Positions 61,548 to 64,000 of a stretch of DNA of 64,000 nucleotides are shown here, one piece after another. Position numbers and translations under genes: made by a program. Each line of letters starts with the position of its first letter. Position 1 is the first letter of the stretch. A model generated the notes under the pieces. The model was given only the letters and a program-made list of their open reading frames with translations. It searched no databases and had not been told where the DNA came from. Origin of the DNA: an uncultured cyanobacterium (GTDB lineage Bacteria; Cyanobacteriota; Cyanobacteriia; Cyanobacteriales; Nostocaceae); NCBI GenBank assembly GCA_963740315.1, contig CAVUDP010000001.1:448001-512000 (forward strand). The letters run 5' to 3'.

Positions 61548-64000
61548 ATGTCTGACGCTCTTAATTTTCAAGGTAATGCAGATCGCCTCCCACCACAAAA
61601 TATCGAGGCGGAAGAAGCTATATTAGGCGGAATTTTACTAGATCCCGAAGCGATCGCCAGAATCAGCGACACTCTCAAACCAGAAGCTTTTTATATCGGC
61701 GCTCACAAAGATATCTATTCGGGAATGCTACAGCTTCAGACTACTGGTAAGCCTACCGATTTACTCGCGGTTATCAACTGGCTTAGCGATCGCGAACTAC
61801 TTGAGAAGGTTGGCGGTAGAAATAAATTAGCTTCGTTGATAGATAGAACTGTTTCAGCAGTTAATATCGACGCTTTAGCCGCTTTAGTGGTGGAAAAGTA
61901 TCGACGGCGACAGTTAATTAGAGCCGGTAACGAAATAGTTACATTGGGTTACGAAACCGAAACCGAGTTTCGCACTGTTATCGACAAAGCAGAGCAAAAG
62001 GTTTTCGGTATCGCTCAAGCCCGTGCAACCAGCGGTTTAACTCATGTTTCCAACACCCTGATTAATACTTTCACAGACATCGAAGAACGCCATGAAGGAG
62101 TGGCATTACCCGGTATACCCTGCGGATTTTACGATTTGGACGCAATGACTAGTGGTTTTGGACGTTCAGACTTAATCATCGTTGCCGGTCGCCCGTCAAT
62201 GGGAAAATGTTTACAAGAAGATACAGAATTATTATTGAGTGACGGTAGTATTGCCACGATAAAAGAGATATATAACCGTGGTGAGGCAGAATTGTTAACG
62301 CTCCAAGATAATTTTAAATTTCGCCTTACTAAGCCTGTATCTTTTATTGATGATGGAATAAAGCCGGTATTTGGCGTTAAAACTCGTTTGGGAAAGTATA
62401 TTGAAACAACTATTACTCATCCTTATTTAACTATTAATGGATGGCGGCAGCTTTCCGAATTGAAAGCAGGTGATAAAATTGCCGTACCTCGCAAAATCAA
62501 AGTATTTGGTACCCATAAGATTCCCGAATATGAAGTCAAATTGTTAGCCTATTTGATCGGGGATGGTTGTTTAACAGACACAGCACCAAAATTTAGCAAC
62601 ATTAATCCTTTAATTCAGCAAGACTTTAGTCAAGCAGTTACTGAATTTTCACCTCAACTCAAAGTTACCGAGAAAAAACGCTCCAAGCGATCGCCAATGC
62701 TTCATGTTGAGATGTCTAATGAAGAAGATAATCTCATGGTGTTGTGGCTGCAAGAATTAGAATTATGGGGTAAAACGAGTACGGAAAAAACACTACCTGG
62801 TTTTATCTTCCAATTAGAGCGTCAGCAAATTGCATTATTCCTAAATCGCTTATTTGCGATCGATGGTTGGGCAAGCGTACTTAAAAGCGGACAAGTACAG
62901 CTAGGTTATTACAGCGTTAGCGAAAAACTAGCACAGCAAATACAGCATTTATTACTAAGATTTGGCATTATCGCAGCTTTAAAGACGCGGTTGGTTAAGT
63001 ATAAAGATACCAAGCGTGAAGCTTGGCAACTAGATATTACCAATGCTCGTGCAATCAAAAACTTCATGTCAGAAATTAGTATTTTTGGCAAACAAGAAGT
63101 ATTAACTAAAATTGAAGCGGCATTACTTCATAAAAGATACCAAACAAATCGCGATCTCGTACCTATAGAGGTTTGGAAGCAGCTAGCAGTAGCAAAAGAA
63201 CAAGAAACTTGGACTGGTTTAGCCAAACGTGCTGGAATTAAAGGATATTCAAATATTCACGTTGGGAAACGTGCTTTATCGCGAGACAGACTGTTCTTAT
63301 TAGCAACAGCATTAGAAAATTTACGGCTTCAGCACTTAGCAACCAGCGATATTTATTGGGATGAAATTGTTTCTATCGAACCGATGGGAAACAAACAAGT
63401 TTATGATTTAACAATCCCAGATACGCATAATTTTGTTGCTAATGATATTTGCGTTCACAACACCGCCTTTTGTCTCAATCTTGCTCACAATGTCGCATCA
63501 TTATATAAACTACCAGTTGCTGTTTTTAGTTTAGAAATGTCAAAAGAGCAATTAGTACAGCGACTATTATCAAGTGAAGCGGAAATTGAAAGTACTTATT
63601 TACGAACTGGGCGCATCAGTCAAACTCAGTGGGAACCTTTAAGTCGCGCAATTAGCGTACTTTCAGAAATGCCAATTTTTATAGACGACACGCCAAATAT
63701 TACCGTCACAGAAATGCGTAGTCAGGCGCGGCGTTTGCAAGCAGAAGCCGGTACGGACATCGGTTTAATAATTATCGATTACCTGCAATTAATGGAAGGT
63801 GCTGGCGATAATCGCGTCCAAGAATTATCGAAAATTACCAGGAGTATTAAAGGATTAGCAAGAGAATTAGGCGCTCCAGTAATAGCATTATCTCAATTAA
63901 GTAGAGGCGTAGAAGCTCGGACAAATAAGCGTCCAATGCTGTCAGACTTGAGAGAAAGCGGAAGTATCGAACAAGATGCCGACTTAGTAATAATGTTATA
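61548..64000 (+). CDS. dnaB: Replicative DNA helicase DnaB, intein-containing, truncated by window end (absent from ORF track)
   Basis: Manual translation MSDALNFQGNADRLPPQNIEAEEAILGGILLDP...LIIVAGRPSMGK[intein]TAF...FSLEMS...IDYLQL...ALSQLSR...RPMLSDLRESGSIEQDAD. Confidence 0.96.
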   Translation, partial: MSDALNFQGNADRLPPQNIEAEEAILGGILLDPEAIARISDTLKPEAFYIGAHKDIYSGMLQLQTTGKPTDLLAVINWLSDRELLEKVGGRNKLASLIDRTVSAVNIDALAALVVEKYRRRQLIRAGNEIVTLGYETETEFRTVIDKAEQKVFGIAQARATSGLTHVSNTLINTFTDIEERHEGVALPGIPCGFYDLDAMTSGFGRSDLIIVAGRPSMGKCLQEDTELLLSDGSIATIKEIYNRGEAELLTLQDNFKFRLTKPVSFIDDGIKPVFGVKTRLGKYIETTITHPYLTINGWRQLSELKAGDKIAVPRKIKVFGTHKIPEYEVKLLAYLIGDGCLTDTAPKFSNINPLIQQDFSQAVTEFSPQLKVTEKKRSKRSPMLHVEMSNEEDNLMVLWLQELELWGKTSTEKTLPGFIFQLERQQIALFLNRLFAIDGWASVLKSGQVQLGYYSVSEKLAQQIQHLLLRFGIIAALKTRLVKYKDTKREAWQLDITNARAIKNFMSEISIFGKQEVLTKIEAALLHKRYQTNRDLVPIEVWKQLAVAKEQETWTGLAKRAGIKGYSNIHVGKRALSRDRLFLLATALENLRLQHLATSDIYWDEIVSIEPMGNKQVYDLTIPDTHNFVANDICVHNTAFCLNLAHNVASLYKLPVAVFSLEMSKEQLVQRLLSSEAEIESTYLRTGRISQTQWEPLSRAISVLSEMPIFIDDTPNITVTEMRSQARRLQAEAGTDIGLIIIDYLQLMEGAGDNRVQELSKITRSIKGLARELGAPVIALSQLSRGVEARTNKRPMLSDLRESGSIEQDADLVIML
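62208..63461 (+). mobile_element. 418-aa intein with LAGLIDADG homing endonuclease inserted in the DnaB Walker A (GK/T)
   Basis: Starts CLQEDTELLLSDG; block B TTITHPYLT; endonuclease motifs LLAYLIGDG and FLNRLFAIDG; ends VYDLTIPDTHNFVANDICVHN with Thr at +1; frame open throughout. Confidence 0.95.

Noticed and set aside
1..64000. tRNA, rRNA, riboswitches and NtcA boxes
   Set aside because: No convincing cloverleaf, rRNA-like tract or exact GTA-N8-TAC site was found by eye in the intergenic regions I checked; a covariance-model scan is needed to exclude them.

Overview
AT-rich chromosomal segment of a filamentous cyanobacterium, probably Nostocales (inferred from frequent HIP1 GCGATCGC octamers, heptamer STRR arrays, psb28, ndhP and a XisA/XisC-type recombinase). 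Core genes include rlmB, Mini-III, carA, ftsW, ispE, rsmA, secA, rplI and dnaB, the last carrying a 418-aa LAGLIDADG intein and running off the window end. It also holds the end of a photosensory chemotaxis-like operon (4-GAF cyanobacteriochrome MCP plus hybrid CheA) and two photolesion-repair genes (FeS-type photolyase, spore-photoproduct-lyase-like radical SAM). The most notable observations are: (1) tandem toxin-antitoxin modules sharing a duplicated promoter and identical antitoxin N-terminus but pairing with different toxins (MazF-type, ParE-type); (2) a four-helix-bundle gene between the MCP and cheA, bounded by inverted heptamer arrays; (3) an orphan XisA/XisC-like recombinase near a plasmid-type parA/RHH pair with 8-bp iterons; (4) an acyl-CoA-dehydrogenase/cyclase fusion; (5) three single-lesion broken genes; (6) many GTAG-type REP palindromes. 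All family assignments come from motif recognition by eye; no database searches were run.
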